From: Octopus vulgaris
Taxonomy: Eukaryota
Direction: 5' to 3'
DNA: 64,000 nucleotides
Assembly (NCBI GenBank): GCA_951406725.2
Contig: OX597816.1
Span: 141,980,001 to 142,044,000 of the forward strand
Positions 1 to 12,469 of this stretch are shown here, in pieces (position 1 is the first letter of the stretch; each line of letters begins with the position of its first letter). The notes under the pieces are model-generated. The model had not been told where the DNA came from. It did no database searches and saw only the letters and a list, made by a program, of their open reading frames with translations. The position numbers and the translations under genes are program-made.

Positions 1-911
1 AATTTGAAACCATTATTATTATTGTTGTTGTTGTTGTTATATTTTTCTATAACCTACAGGTTGAAACAAGTAAAAGATAATGATATATGTATATTTAATA
101 TTTGAACTGCTGAATATATTCACATCAACATTAAAGTCATAAAGTAACTATCTTTTCTAAAATAAATTTTATATTAGAGTTGCATTTGAAGGGTAAATAA
201 TTCTACAAAAATCTGTTGGTAATTTAATTTCAGACAGATATTACATTTCAATGAGTTTACAATAGTAAGAAAAAAAAAATGTCCTGCTTCTTTGTATGAC
301 ATTTCAACATTTCACAAAATGTATTGCTTTTGTATAAAATATTCAATGTTTTATGCAATTACAAATTCAATCTTTTCACTAACATCCTAAAGTAGTTATA
401 AATTATGCAACAATATCAAAGAACTCCAAAGTCGAGTGCAGTAGAGATGCATAAAGGCTATCTTTCATATCTTCATCCTCCGCATTCAACCATGTGTAAA
501 ATCTGAAAGAATACAGCTTATCTAACTGTTTTATTGAAGACTTTTATGCTGATCTTGTTAGGGGGTTTGATTCATAACTGTAAATCGTTAAATTTTTCTT
601 TATTTTATAAGGAATTCTTGCAATGGATGGAGTAAATGTATAACTAAAAGACCATACAATCAGTGTTGTTCTTAATTTAATATTACTAAATAGAACAGCC
701 ATATAAGTCATAAACCAGTGAGCAGAATAATTTATCTCATAAATTTAATCAAATATGACACAGTTATCTAAGGAGGTAAGAGCAATATCAAGTAATAGTT
801 TCATGTATCTAACTAACTACACATCCATATTTCTCAGATTAATGGGATTGCAGTTTTGTTGATAAGACTATTCTATTTTAGTTGTGTTCTTCATTCACAA
901 GAAGAGTGTAG

Positions 912-1300
912 TCATCATCATCATTTAATGTCCACTTTCCATGTTTGCATGGGTTAGACAGTTTGACTGGAGATGGTAAGTCAGAGAGCTGTACCAGCTC
1001 CAGTCTGTTTTGACATGTTTTCTACAGCTGGATGCCCTTTCTAACACCAACCACTCCACAGAGTGTACTGGGTATCTTTTACATGTCGCTAACATGGGTG
1101 CCTTTTATGTGTCACCAGCATGATTACTTTTATGTGTCACTGGCACAAGTGCCTTTTATGTGTCACTGGCATGGGTGCCATTCACACATCTCTGGTATTA
1201 GGCCATGACCACAATTTCACTTAGTTTGACAAGTCTTTTCATGCACAGCAAATTGCCAGAAGTCTTGGTCACTTGTCTTTTTGCCTCTATGAGACTCAAC
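912..1300 (-). mobile_element. Diverged 3'-UTR/tail fragment of the RTE LINE family at 12470-15333
   Basis: (CAT)n followed by ttaatgtccactttccatg...tctacagctggatgccc...aaccactcc, the reverse complement of the 15160-15333 tail; internal gtgtcactggca repeats. Confidence 0.75.
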
Positions 1301-1779
1301 ATCCCATTTCACCACCTTGTCCCATGTCTTCCTGGGTTTCCCACTCCCACAGGTTCCTTCCACAATTAGAGGTTGACACTTCTTGAATAAACCTCAGTGA
1401 ATGCCTAAGTAACAAATTGGATAAGCTAAGGTTTTCAGAAAAAGAAATCAGCCAGGTAATTTGTACATTACAAATACAATTTGTCAGAAGAACTTTAAAA
1501 GTATGCAAGACTTTTGTTATCTATGTTCCAGCAATGGAACTTTGTATCTTTATTAGAAAACAGCCCCTTCCTCCGTTTTTTTCGAATAATTAGAAACAGA
1601 AGAGAACATACATACCATTTGCATGATGTACACACTTGTTTACTTAAGATGTCAAAACAAAGAGATTCAAGCATACACATATACATATATTTATATACAT
1701 ATGTATACAATGGGCTTCTTTCTGCTTCTGCCTACAAAATCCACTTACAAGGCTTCATATTCATTCATACATAAGAATA

Positions 1780-1880
1780 TACATACATATACATATACAT
1801 ACATGTATGCATACATACATACATACATACATACATACATACATACATACATACATACATACATACATACATACATACAT
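1780..1880. repeat. (TACA)n microsatellite
   Basis: Directly visible. Confidence 0.95.
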
Positions 1881-1899
1881 CTGTACATATGTATGTACA

Positions 1900-2319
1900 T
1901 GTGATCGTTACCAGCGTTGCCTTACTGGCACTCGAACCCCATGCTAGTAGGATATTAAGAGTACCATCCGAGTGTGATCGTTGCCAGAGTGGCTATCTGG
2001 CCTCCATGCCGGTGGCATGTAAAAGACACCATTCGAGCGTGATCGTTACCAGCATCACCTTACTGGCACCTGTGCTGGTGGCATGTGTAAAAGATTCGTG
2101 CGAGGTCGTTGCCAGTACCGCCTGACAGACCCCATGCCAGTGGCACGTAAAAGCACCCACTACACTACCGGAGTGGTTGGCGTTAGGAAGGGCATCCAGC
2201 TGTAGAAACTCTGCCAAATCAAGATTGAAGCCTGGTACAGCCATCTGGTTCACCAGCCTTCAGTCAAATAGTCCAACCCATGCTAGCATGGAAAGCAGAC
2301 GTTAAACGATGATGATGAT
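1900..2319 (+). mobile_element. RTE 3'-UTR tail fragment ending in (GAT)n
   Basis: cccactacac...ggagtggttggcgttaggaagggcatccagctgtagaaac...ccaacccatgctagcatggaaagcagacgttaaacgatgatgat matches 15160-15333. Confidence 0.85.
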
Positions 2320-3373
2320 ATGTGTATGTACATCTGTGTTTATGTATGTATATGTGTGTGTGTGTGTGCATTATACACACATACAGAGGCAAAACCTCGA
2401 AGTCTCTATCACTGCTTGAAAGCACTATTATTGTTAAAGAATAATATGTATGAAATCTACAAAAAGTATTTCATCCTTCAGTTTAATCTAAAATTGTTTT
2501 TGGTATAATGACATAAAAACAAACATTAATATATACACACATACATATACATATAAAAGCACACATATATATATATCTATGTTTGTTTCTTATGCACAAA
2601 TGAATGCTAACCAATGAAAGGCTTCTACACAGTTACCAGACCAGTTTAAAGTTGTGGTGGATTGTCAATGGATTTTAAAGAGGGTATCATATTTCAAACT
2701 TCTGAAAATTGTTTCACCATAATAAAAGCGAAAAGACTATGGCTGAAACTACAAATTGAAGTTGCTCACTTCAGTATTGGATGTTAGCTTAAGTAAAAAC
2801 TACTTAAGTATCCAAAAAAAAAAAAAAAATCACAGCAACAACTGAAAGATTAGTTATTGTTGTTGTTGTTGAGCAACTAGAATTGTACCAGCAGAAACAA
2901 TAATAGAAATAACTCAACAACAACAACAACAATAGCAGCTGAATGCAATGTTGTACAATTTCGTACTGATTCTTGAATATTTCTATGTTGAAATTCAAAT
3001 TATAGGTTAAACATCAATGAAATTAATATAATTGTCAACTGTATAGATTATGTATACTGCAACTATATTCATTTAAAATTATCAGAGCAAAGTGGATAAA
3101 GGTCATCTCTCTTAGCATTATTTAATTATTTCATCCATTTTTTATAATAATGATTTCTTTCATCTCTCAACATTATATAAAAAGCGATTTCATGGTCTAA
3201 TCTGGTTGAAATTGATTCAAAATCATACAGGCATGACACAAACTGTATGTTTTAGTTCTAATAATGGAATAGTTAAAACTTATAAAGCATATGTGATTTT
3301 TAGTGGATTTTTTCTGCCAATAAATGAAGAAAATAGGACAACTTTCTTGATTAAATAGTTATACACATGCATG

Positions 3374-3405
<32 letters not shown>

Positions 3406-3605
3406 CATATATATATAGTCACTACGAGGATATATAAACCTCTTATGGGGATGGTTTCATCCAAGTTTCACTGGTTTAATATATTATATTGTTGAGAAAT
3501 ATCTGTTCAATTTAAAAATAGGTATACTATAAATATCAAATATTATTAAGTAAGAAAATGGAGAGAGTCAATGGATATAAATTAATTTACTAACATTTCT
3601 AATAA

Positions 3606-3705
3606 GGCCTACAAGTGTTTCGATTCACACTCAGTACAAATTACAAACATATAGAATAAAATAAGTTTGCATTTTGAATATTTAGAGTAAAATATCTTCA
3701 GGGCC
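3606..3705 (-). ncRNA. Hammerhead ribozyme motif (PLE pLTR, inverted copy)
   Basis: Minus strand reads GGCC-CTGAAGA-[73 nt stem II region]-GAAA-CACTTG-TA-GGCC, with stem I GGCC/GGCC. Confidence 0.7.
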
Positions 3706-3877
3706 AATGGACATTAAGAAAACTACATGTTGATCAAGTGAGATTCTCAACAGATTAAGTAGGTGAAAATATGTTTAATTTTGTGTGTATTCATAATTTT
3801 ATTTAACTATAGTAATAAGATATATAAAATATAAGATATAAAATATAAAACAAATAGATAAAATAAAAAGTAAAAAA

Positions 3878-3911
<34 letters not shown>

Positions 3912-4495
3912 TTCAGGCAAAAATAAAGATATACAGACAAAAATAAAAAATAATAAGAATAAAAATGAAAATACTAAAATAAATGTGATAAAAATGAAAA
4001 TAAAATAAAAATAAAATAAAATACATGTGGGTACGATAAAAATGAAAATTAAAATAAAAAATAAAATAAAAAATAATGATCATTCCTTGAAAAAGCAAGT
4101 CAAAAACAACATAATCAAATCTATTTATAGATACATTCATAAGCATTTCAATAAATAATATAAATAAAATATAATAAAAGATAATGGATATAGTGAAATC
4201 ATTTATAGTAAGTTTATAAAAATCTTTTTAAAATTATATCTTTAATTAATTACAAAAAATCGTTTTAGAATTGTATCTTCAATTAATTACAAAAAAATGA
4301 GATGTTTTCTATAACAATCCAGATATTTGTAAAAATGATGATAATCTACTTTCTTATGATAGAAGGAAAATAATTCATATTGGCTCCCTTTTTAACCAAA
4401 ATAATATGTATAATAAAAATGAAATTAAGGGAAATAATATAGGTAGAAATTCTATGATTAATAATGTAAATAATACTTGTGATTGTAGGATTAAG

Positions 4496-5965
4496 CCTCG
4501 AAAGCATTTGGTCCCGACAACATTCCGGCTGTGATTTGGAAGGATGATAGATTTCACACACTTTTGCTTAACCTCTGCAACCACACACTTTCCACCTTTG
4601 TCGCTCCAAAGATTTGGCACCAGTCTCAAATCATTCCAATACCCAAAAAGGCGATTTGTCCCTCGTCACCAACTACAGGGGCATATCTCTAATGTCAATT
4701 GCTGCAAAACTGTACAACAAACTGATCCTAAATCGTCTTGTCCTTTTTGTTGAACCTTTGCTCCGAAAGAACCAAAATGGATTCAGACATGGGCGCTCAA
4801 CGCTGAGCCAGATACTATGCCTGCGCAGACTTATTGAAGAATCAAAAGCATTTAATCGCGATCTTGCAATGGTATTTGTAGACTTTTCTAAAGCATTCGA
4901 TTCTGTAGATAGGTGCAAGATGTTTGAAATCCTTAAGCTCTATGGGATACCAGACAAAATTATTTCTGCCATCAAGGTCCTCTACACAGATACGTCTTCA
5001 ACCATCTTAACCCCTGATGGAGAAACATCATCTTTCTCGATCGAGGCCGGAATACTGCAGGGAGACACACTCGCCCCATTTCTTTTCATCATTGTTGTTG
5101 ATTATGTGCTACGTATGTCAGTTGATACCATCTCTGGCAAGGGCTTTGAAATAAAACCAAGAAGAAGTTCCAGACACCCAGCTGAGTACTTGACAGACAC
5201 TGACTTTGCTGACGACATCGCTCTTATCAGTGATTCTCTCTCCAATGCCCAGTCTCTTTTACAACCTCTTGAACAAGCCTCAAATTGTGTAGGTCTTTAC
5301 CTTAATGAGACCAAAACTGAATACATAAACAAGTGCCTGTCCAACAGTGATTGCATCATCCACACTCTCAACAGTGCACCTTTAAATATGGTTTCTGATT
5401 ATAAATATCTTGGGTCATACATATCATCATCTGGAAAAGAATTTCTAACTAGAAAGGGTATGGCCTGGTCAGCCTGTAATGACATGCATAAGATCTGGTC
5501 ATCAAATCTAAGTAGAGACTTCAAACTTGAAATATTCAAAGCCACAGTCGAACCAATCCTACTATATGGCTCAGAAACCTGGACGTTATCAAAGAAGCTT
5601 GAGAGACGGTTGGATGGAACCTACACTCGCCTCCTTATGAGAGCTCAAAATCTCTCGTGGAGGCGCCATCCAACTAAAATGCAAATATATGGGAAATTAC
5701 CACCTGTGTCATCTCTTGTGAAGGGTAGGAGAGTCCAGTTTGCTGGACATTGTTGTAGAGCTGAAAAAGAAGTAATTTCTACTCTTCTCCTCTGGAAGCC
5801 ATCTACTCGCAACACCAGAGGGCGCACACTCTCCTACCCTGATGTAATCTCCAGGGATACAGGCATCCAGCAACAGGACCTCCGTAATGCTATGATGGAC
5901 CGTGAAGTCTGGCGCAACATGGTAAATTCCATTGTCTCGACCACGGTCGAACAATGATGATGATG
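4496..5965 (+). mobile_element. 5'-truncated RTE-clade LINE with (TGA)n tail
   Basis: RT homology starts at KAFGPDNIP (4501), with a frameshift near 4645; the stop codon runs into tgatgatgatga; inserted in the PLE Cys linker with AAG on both sides. Confidence 0.9.
4614..5957 (+). CDS. RTE-type reverse transcriptase (partial, no endonuclease), 447-aa open frame
   Basis: NYRGISL, QNGFR, FVDFSKAFDSV, GILQGDTLAPFLF, FADDIAL, YKYLGS, ILLYGSETW, FAGHC motifs. Confidence 0.9.
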   Translation: MAPVSNHSNTQKGDLSLVTNYRGISLMSIAAKLYNKLILNRLVLFVEPLLRKNQNGFRHGRSTLSQILCLRRLIEESKAFNRDLAMVFVDFSKAFDSVDRCKMFEILKLYGIPDKIISAIKVLYTDTSSTILTPDGETSSFSIEAGILQGDTLAPFLFIIVVDYVLRMSVDTISGKGFEIKPRRSSRHPAEYLTDTDFADDIALISDSLSNAQSLLQPLEQASNCVGLYLNETKTEYINKCLSNSDCIIHTLNSAPLNMVSDYKYLGSYISSSGKEFLTRKGMAWSACNDMHKIWSSNLSRDFKLEIFKATVEPILLYGSETWTLSKKLERRLDGTYTRLLMRAQNLSWRRHPTKMQIYGKLPPVSSLVKGRRVQFAGHCCRAEKEVISTLLLWKPSTRNTRGRTLSYPDVISRDTGIQQQDLRNAMMDREVWRNMVNSIVSTTVEQ

Positions 5966-6310
5966 AAGGATGAATATAAATTTAATAATTATTGTAAGCA
6001 AAATAATCTAGTATATAGATGTATAGTTGAATCAGAAAATATAAAATACTATTATATTGGATCAACTGAAAATCCCATAAAAAGAAGAATTTCTAACCAG
6101 AAAAACAGTTTTAAAAACTGACAAAAAATGAAAAACACTAGTTTAAGCAAATTTATATGGGTGTTAAAAGACAATAATAAGAATTATAAGCTTAAATAGG
6201 AAATTATAAGTCATGCCAGATCATATAAAATTGCTGATAAGAGGTGTGAGTTATGTATCAAAGAACTCTTCCGAATTCTAACTTCTGAACACAAACTCCT
6301 TAATTCCCAT
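5966..6310 (+). pseudogene. Penelope GIY-YIG endonuclease remnant
   Basis: Manual translation: KDEYKFNNYCKQNNLVYRCIVESENIKYYYIGSTENPIKRRISNQKNSFKN*QKMKNTSLSKFIWVLKD...*EIISHARSY...RCELCIKELFRIL...LLNS; two in-frame stops. Confidence 0.85.
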
Positions 6311-7639
6311 CAAGAGGCAATTTGATCTTGTTTTTAGGAAGTATAATTAGTAAAAATAAAACAATGCATAAATATAATATAGTAAGTATAACTAGTAAGT
6401 ACGACTTGGTTTAAAATGTAGTATATAAGATATAAACAATATAGATAATATGAAAGATACAAAATATAAAAAATATAGATAATATGAATAATATATAATA
6501 TAACACTTAAAGGTCTAATAAATAATAATATTAATTACTAATTTTAATTCATAAATTTTATTAATTAATTGGCTGATATAGTTCATAAAATTTAATACGA
6601 AACATTGTAAACCTATCAACAACACTAATTTTGATGATGTAATACACTTAATCTCTATTCATACTAAACTAAAATTGCATTCAACTTAGTCATGTATAAG
6701 CTCATGTACACACACAAACATAACTATAGAAATAAATAATAACGCTAGACTATAACCGATGGCTTTTATTTTCAAATAATTATATGCATATGCATATATA
6801 AATATATTTATTTATATTTTAATGGTAATCTTACCATCAAATATAAAAGATATTGATGTCTAACTAATATAGCATTTTCTTTAGTCTCTTTAATGTATAA
6901 ATACATGAACACCCACGTACACACCCACGTACACACACACACACACATAAATATAAACATAATAATACAAGACTATAACGGTTGACTTTTACTTTCAAAT
7001 AATTATACATACATGCATATATAAATAAACTGATTTGATTTGATAAGCTTTTTACTAACATGCATATATACACGCAAACACATAAATTTAACATAGACAA
7101 TGTACATCCACATTTATAATGGTTTTATTTCTATTTTTATTTTATTTTTATCATTATTTTATTTTACTTTTTATTTTTACTTTTATTTTCATTTTTATCC
7201 TACCCACATGTATTTTATTTTATTTTTATTGCATTTATTTTAGTATTTTCATTTTTATTTTTATTTTCATCTGTATATATTTATTTTTGCCTGACTATTT
7301 TTATTATTATTATTACTATTTATTTATTTTTAACTTTTTATTTTATTTATGTGTTTTATATTTTATTCCTTATCTTATATATATATATATAAAATCCTTT
7401 GTCTCTCTGTCTGTTCCCAATGCATTTCCATACAGCTTGACCAAATCAAATCAAATTTTACATGGTAATACTATCAGACCTCATGAATGTTCACATGTAA
7501 TTTTTTCGGATTAAAACAATGAAGCAATGGCACTGGTTTCATATTATGTGTCAAAACTCAAACAATAAAAGTGAAAGAATAACATCTATATTGTAATGTA
7601 ATACATTGTTTCACTTTTACATTTTTACTTTTAATTCAA

Positions 7640-8970
7640 ACTATGACAACATCACATTTTGTATATGACTGTTTTTCTAACTGTGAATGTATGTGTGTGA
7701 GTGTATGAGTGTGTCTCACAGTGTGTGTGTCCTTCTGCATTAGGTACATTATTAAGTACACTATATGTTTTACGTTTATACTTTTAATTTTAATTCCAAC
7801 CACAACAGCGACAATGACGTCACATTTTGCATATAACTGTCTGAGAATGTATGTGTGTGAGACACTGTGTATATGTCTCACAGTGTGTGTGTCTTTCTGC
7901 GTTAGGTATGTTATTAAACACACTATATGTATGTGAGGACTGGTCAGTGTCAATACGAAATTTTATTTTCCTTTCCTTTAAAACAATATAACATTTCATA
8001 GAGATAATCTTTCTATTTATGGAGATGTACTTGCATAGCAAGTGACTTGATCTGAGATCATGTGTTTGGAACATATATATATATATATATATATATTGTA
8101 TCTTTGTTGGAAACTGGATCCCACTGCAGTGGAAGATATATAATAATTAAAAGATAGAAGAGACATACATATGTATATGCATGTATGCAAGCATGCACAT
8201 TTACACATATACATACATGTATACATACACACACACATACATGCATGCATACATACATACATACATACATACATACATACATACATACATACATACATAC
8301 ATACATACATACATACATACATACATACATACATACATACATACACACACACACATGTATATATCACAAACTAACTGTTACTTTCTCAGATGCAGCACAA
8401 AGTTTTGTCAGTGAACAGGTTGCACTTTCAAAGTGACGAAAATATTTTGATACAAATAAAATTTAAATGTTGAAGTGAAGCTAACAGTTTTTGTGTGTTC
8501 TTGAATGGCTTACAGACATCCTTCATGCTGCAATCTTCCTATTGTCAACAGAATATTTTATACAACATCACATTTTGTATATGAGTGTGAATCTGTCTGT
8601 GAGTGTATTTGTTTAAGTATATGAGTGTATATGTGTCTCATAGAGTTTGTGCCTTTCCGTGTTAAGTACATCATTAAGCACACACATCTACACATACATA
8701 TACATATGTAATGACCAACATGTGTGAATGTATGTCTCTGTATAGCTATCTTAGTATATGTATGTGAGTGTATGTCAGGAACATTTTATACCACAACAAC
8801 AATGAAAATGTCACATTTTTTTATATGAATGTACATCTGTCTGTGAGTGTATGAGTGTGTATGTATCTGTAAGTGTGTGTGTTTCTGCATTACATACACT
8901 ATTAAATACACACACATCTACACATACATATACATATGTGATGCCTGATATGCCTGAATGTATGTATGTG
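7640..8970 (+). repeat. Diverged ~120-130 bp repeat units (acatcacattttgtatatga...gtgtgtgt...cattaagtacac), four or more copies, inside the Helitron
   Basis: Units begin near 7645, 7810, 8560 and 8795; interrupted by (TACA)n and another repeat at 8020-8540. Confidence 0.7.
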
Positions 8971-9373
8971 AAACTCTTGAAAACAAACAATGAGGTGGCA
9001 GGGTCCAAGATACATATAAAAATACACATCTACTGTTCCATTACCAGTTAATAATTATTGCAGCAGTTGCAAGGTTGCAAGGTATTTACAATTGCATATT
9101 TACCCTTACATTAAGAAATTTATCCTATATATATAATTTTTGTCTCTCTGTAATAATTATTGTGGCATTTACTGTAAAATTACTAGTTCCATACACATGC
9201 TTCTATTTCATTCATTTGCTTATATCTTGTTAATTGACACTGCATACAAAAATACAGACATACTATATACATTATGCTTTATTTTTACAAGTACATCCCG
9301 TTACCTACCTAGTAATATTTCTGCACAATTGATTAACCTTTAGCTATCTCTATTCTGTTTGACTCTGTCTATT

Positions 9374-9610
9374 CCAGCCTCACGTCTCATGTTAAATATA
9401 TATATAATTCTATAGTTCCTCTTATCGATGTTAGTTCCTCTTATCGATGTTCAAGATAAATTTCAGCCTCACATCTAGTGTTAAATATATATATAATTCT
9501 ATAGTTCCTCTTATCGATGTCCAAGATAAATTTCAGCCTCACGTCTCGTGTTTGATATATATATAATTCTGTGGTTCCTCTCAATTATCGATGTCTAACA
9601 TAAATTTAGC
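9374..9610 (+). repeat. Three tandem ~65-85 bp units cagcctcacgtctc...tatatatataattctatagttcctcttatcgatg
   Basis: Units visible at 9374, 9463 and 9534. Confidence 0.85.
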
Positions 9611-9762
9611 TCACATATCTCCCCTAAATCTGCAAAATCTCTCTCTCTCAATTAGGTCGCTTATACCTACTACTAAGTATTCCTTTTCCAAGAAATGAGA
9701 GGCACCCCTTCATGGCTGCTAGTTTTCACAGTGTACCCACCCTCCCACAAAACACAAAACTC

Positions 9763-10276
9763 TACTTGTGAAGACCTGTTGAGGCAAGTGAGAATCAGAA
9801 TCAAAATCGAAATCGATCAACATCAATGGAAATTGTAGCTGTGATACCAGTGTCGGTGGCACGTAAGCGAACCGTCCGAACATAGCCGTTGCCAGCCTCG
9901 CCTGGCCCCCGTGCCGGTGGCACGTAAGTGAACCATCCGAACATAGCCATTGCCAGCCTCGCCTGGCCCCTGTGCCAGTGGCACGTAAAAAGGACCATCC
10001 GATCGTGGCCATTGCCAGCCTCACCTGGTCCCTGTGCCGGTGGCACGTAAAAAGCACCATCCAACCATGGCCATTTGCCAGCCCCGTCTGGCACATAAAA
10101 AACACCCACTACACTCACGGAGTGGTTGGTGCTAGGAAGGGCATCCAGCTGTAGAAACATTGCCAGATCAGACTGGGCCTGGTGCAGCCTTCTGGCCTCC
10201 CAGACCCCAGTTGAACCGTCCAACCTATGCTAGCATGGAAAGCGGATGCTAAATGATGATGATGATGATGATGATG
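9763..10276 (+). mobile_element. Long RTE 3'-UTR fragment with tandem ~60-bp hairpin units and (GAT)n tail
   Basis: acttgtgaagacctgttgaggcaagtgagaatc is shared with 14772-14804, followed by the same unit array and tail. Confidence 0.9.
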
Positions 10277-10930
10277 AATTCATTACTACATATTCTCATG
10301 GGACCGCATAGGCTCACGTTATGTTTCTTATTCTACAGCCATACCTGCAATCCAATGTCAACCCTTTGCCTTCTGCAACATTTCAACAGTTCACTTCCCT
10401 GTTGCCATCTCCCATTGCAGCCCATTTCTGGAATGTAGACATTTATGTACAATATCTCCATTACATCTCCATTCATTTGACTGTCAACCATATGATGGGT
10501 CATGTTAGACACAGCACTGACCACCTCAAAGGCAAGTATATCCACTGACTGCTTTTCAGTGGGTTCAAAAATTACATCACCCCAACTCCCAATTTTCCAT
10601 GATAGGTTAAAGCATGAAATCCTCCAAATGGACGTATTACATGTTACTTAGTCGAATTAGACCATCATTTACTCCACAAATGTTTTGTCATCATTGCTGC
10701 ACTTTCCCATATCACCTGTTTCAACATAACTGTAATATATATATATTCAAACTATACCATTTTAATCCAGAGCAACGCCAGGTATCTCTGCTAGTATTTT
10801 ATATATCTTATTGCTATATTTAAAGAAAATTAACACACACACATACACACAAAAAATTAAACATATTTTCATCTACTTAGTCTGTTGGAGAACCTCACTT
10901 GATCAACATGTAGTTTTCTCAATGTTCATT

Positions 10931-11030
10931 GGTCCTGAAGATATTTTACTCAAATTATTCAAAATGCAAACTTATATAATTCTATATGTTTGTAATTTGC
11001 ATTGAGTGAGAACTGAAACAATTGTAGGCC
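10931..11030 (+). ncRNA. Hammerhead ribozyme motif (PLE pLTR, sense copy)
   Basis: GGTC-CTGAAGA-[73 nt]-GAAA-CAATTG-TA-GGCC; palindromic stem III ACAATTGT; predicted GUA cleavage triplet. Confidence 0.75.
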
Positions 11031-11149
11031 TTATTAATAATTATATATATTTATATATGCGTTTGTGTGGTGTGTGTGTGTGTCTTGTTTATATACATAC
11101 ATGCATATAAATAGATACACGTGTGTGTGTGTATGTGTGTATGGGATGT

Positions 11150-11773
11150 TTAAGAAGTTTGCTTCCCAGTCACATGGTTTTAGGTTCAATCCCATTGCAT
11201 GAGCAAGTGTCTGCTACTATTGCCCAGGGTCAACCAAAACCTTGTGAGTGGATTTGACAAATGGAAACTGAAAGAAGTCCATCATATATGCATGTATGTA
11301 TATACATATATGTGTGCATGTGTGTGTGTGTATGCGTGTGTGTGTGAGTGTGTTTGTGTCTCCTTGTCTTCAAATCATCATCGTCTTCATCATTATCATT
11401 TAGTGTCCATTTTCCATGCTAGCATGAGTTAGATGGTTAGACTAGAACTGGTAAGCCAGAAAACTGCATCAGACTTCTGTCTATTTTGGCTTTGTTTCTA
11501 TGGCTGGATACCCATCCTAGTGCCAACCACTCCATAGAGTGTACTAGGTGCCTTTTATGTGTGATTGTTATAAATTAACAATTGTCAGTCATTTACAATA
11601 TTCTATGAAAATATGTCTGGCCATGGAGAAATTACCTTGTTTGGAAACAGAAAATGATTGGAAACAGGTGAAGGTTGGCATAAGGAAAAATCTATAGAAA
11701 AAACTGTAGAAAAATCTGCCTCATTAAAACCCCCTCCAACCCATGCAAGCATGAAAAAGTGGACATTAAAACA

Positions 11774-11814
<41 letters not shown>

Positions 11815-11820
11815 GATGAT
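11150..11820. mobile_element. Cluster of a SINE family A head (+) and two opposed RTE-tail fragments
   Basis: aagaagtttgcttcccagtcacatgg...gaaactgaaagaag; (CAT)n-tail copy at 11390-11560 (-); (GAT)n-tail copy ending near 11820 (+). Confidence 0.7.
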
Positions 11821-12469
11821 ACATTAGGCAAAACAAATTATTATATTAAAATCTTATTTTCAATAATTACTAAACAATTATTAATAATTACTGAAAAATT
11901 ATCATTGTAAAACATTAATTATAACTGATATTATTGTAGAATGAAAAATTATAATTATTAATAATTGCAGAGAAATAAAATAAACATATTATAATGATAT
12001 AACGTTGTTTTTCTCAAAGTTTGATATGATGCTGTAATGAAAAAGCAAGCAGCAAATAGAGAAGAAAGTTGGATGAAGTTAGTTGCATATGATCCATTAA
12101 ATATATCATATGCTCTTAAGAGATTAACTAAATGTAAGTCATAGCTTCATAGAAATATAACTTCACATTAATCACAACATCCAATGGTTTATTCTGATTG
12201 CTTTTATAGTTGTTGTTGTTTTTTCTTCTTGTTATCATAATAGATACAGGCATGGCTGTGTTGTAAGAAGTTTGCTTCCCAACCACATGGTTTTGGGTTC
12301 AGTCCCACTGTGTGGCACCTTGGGCAAGTGTCTTTTACTATAGCACTGAGTTGATCAATGCTTTGTGAAAGGATAGAATCAATGAAAACTGAAAGAAGCT
12401 TGTCATATAAATTTATATATGTATATGTATGTAAATTATATATAAATCAATATATACATGCATTAATAC

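Larger units (their letters stand above)
7373..10794 (+). mobile_element. Non-autonomous Helitron with internal tandem arrays and later insertions
   Basis: Starts TC(TTATATATA..AAAATCC) after an A and ends ccagagcaacgccaggtatctctgCTAG before a T; no TSD; flanks rejoin to match the uninterrupted inverted pLTR copy near 3815-3850. Confidence 0.8.
3590..11040 (+). mobile_element. Degenerate Penelope-like element (PLE) with an inverted 5' pLTR copy, split by nested RTE (4496-5965) and Helitron (7373-10794) insertions
   Basis: GIY-YIG remnant at 5966-6310; 3590-4080 is the diverged reverse complement of 7120-7372 joined to 10795-11040; both copies contain a hammerhead motif. Confidence 0.85.

Noticed and set aside
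9850-10100. Regular ~60-bp palindromic repeats resembling a CRISPR array (also 14880-15155)
   Set aside because: Whole units repeat with no unique spacers, there are no cas genes, and the array is part of a LINE 3' UTR in eukaryotic DNA
12358-12469. N-terminal part of the 428-aa ORF as a real protein start
   Set aside because: It runs through a SINE A fragment and TA-rich tract; RTE homology starts only near 12470
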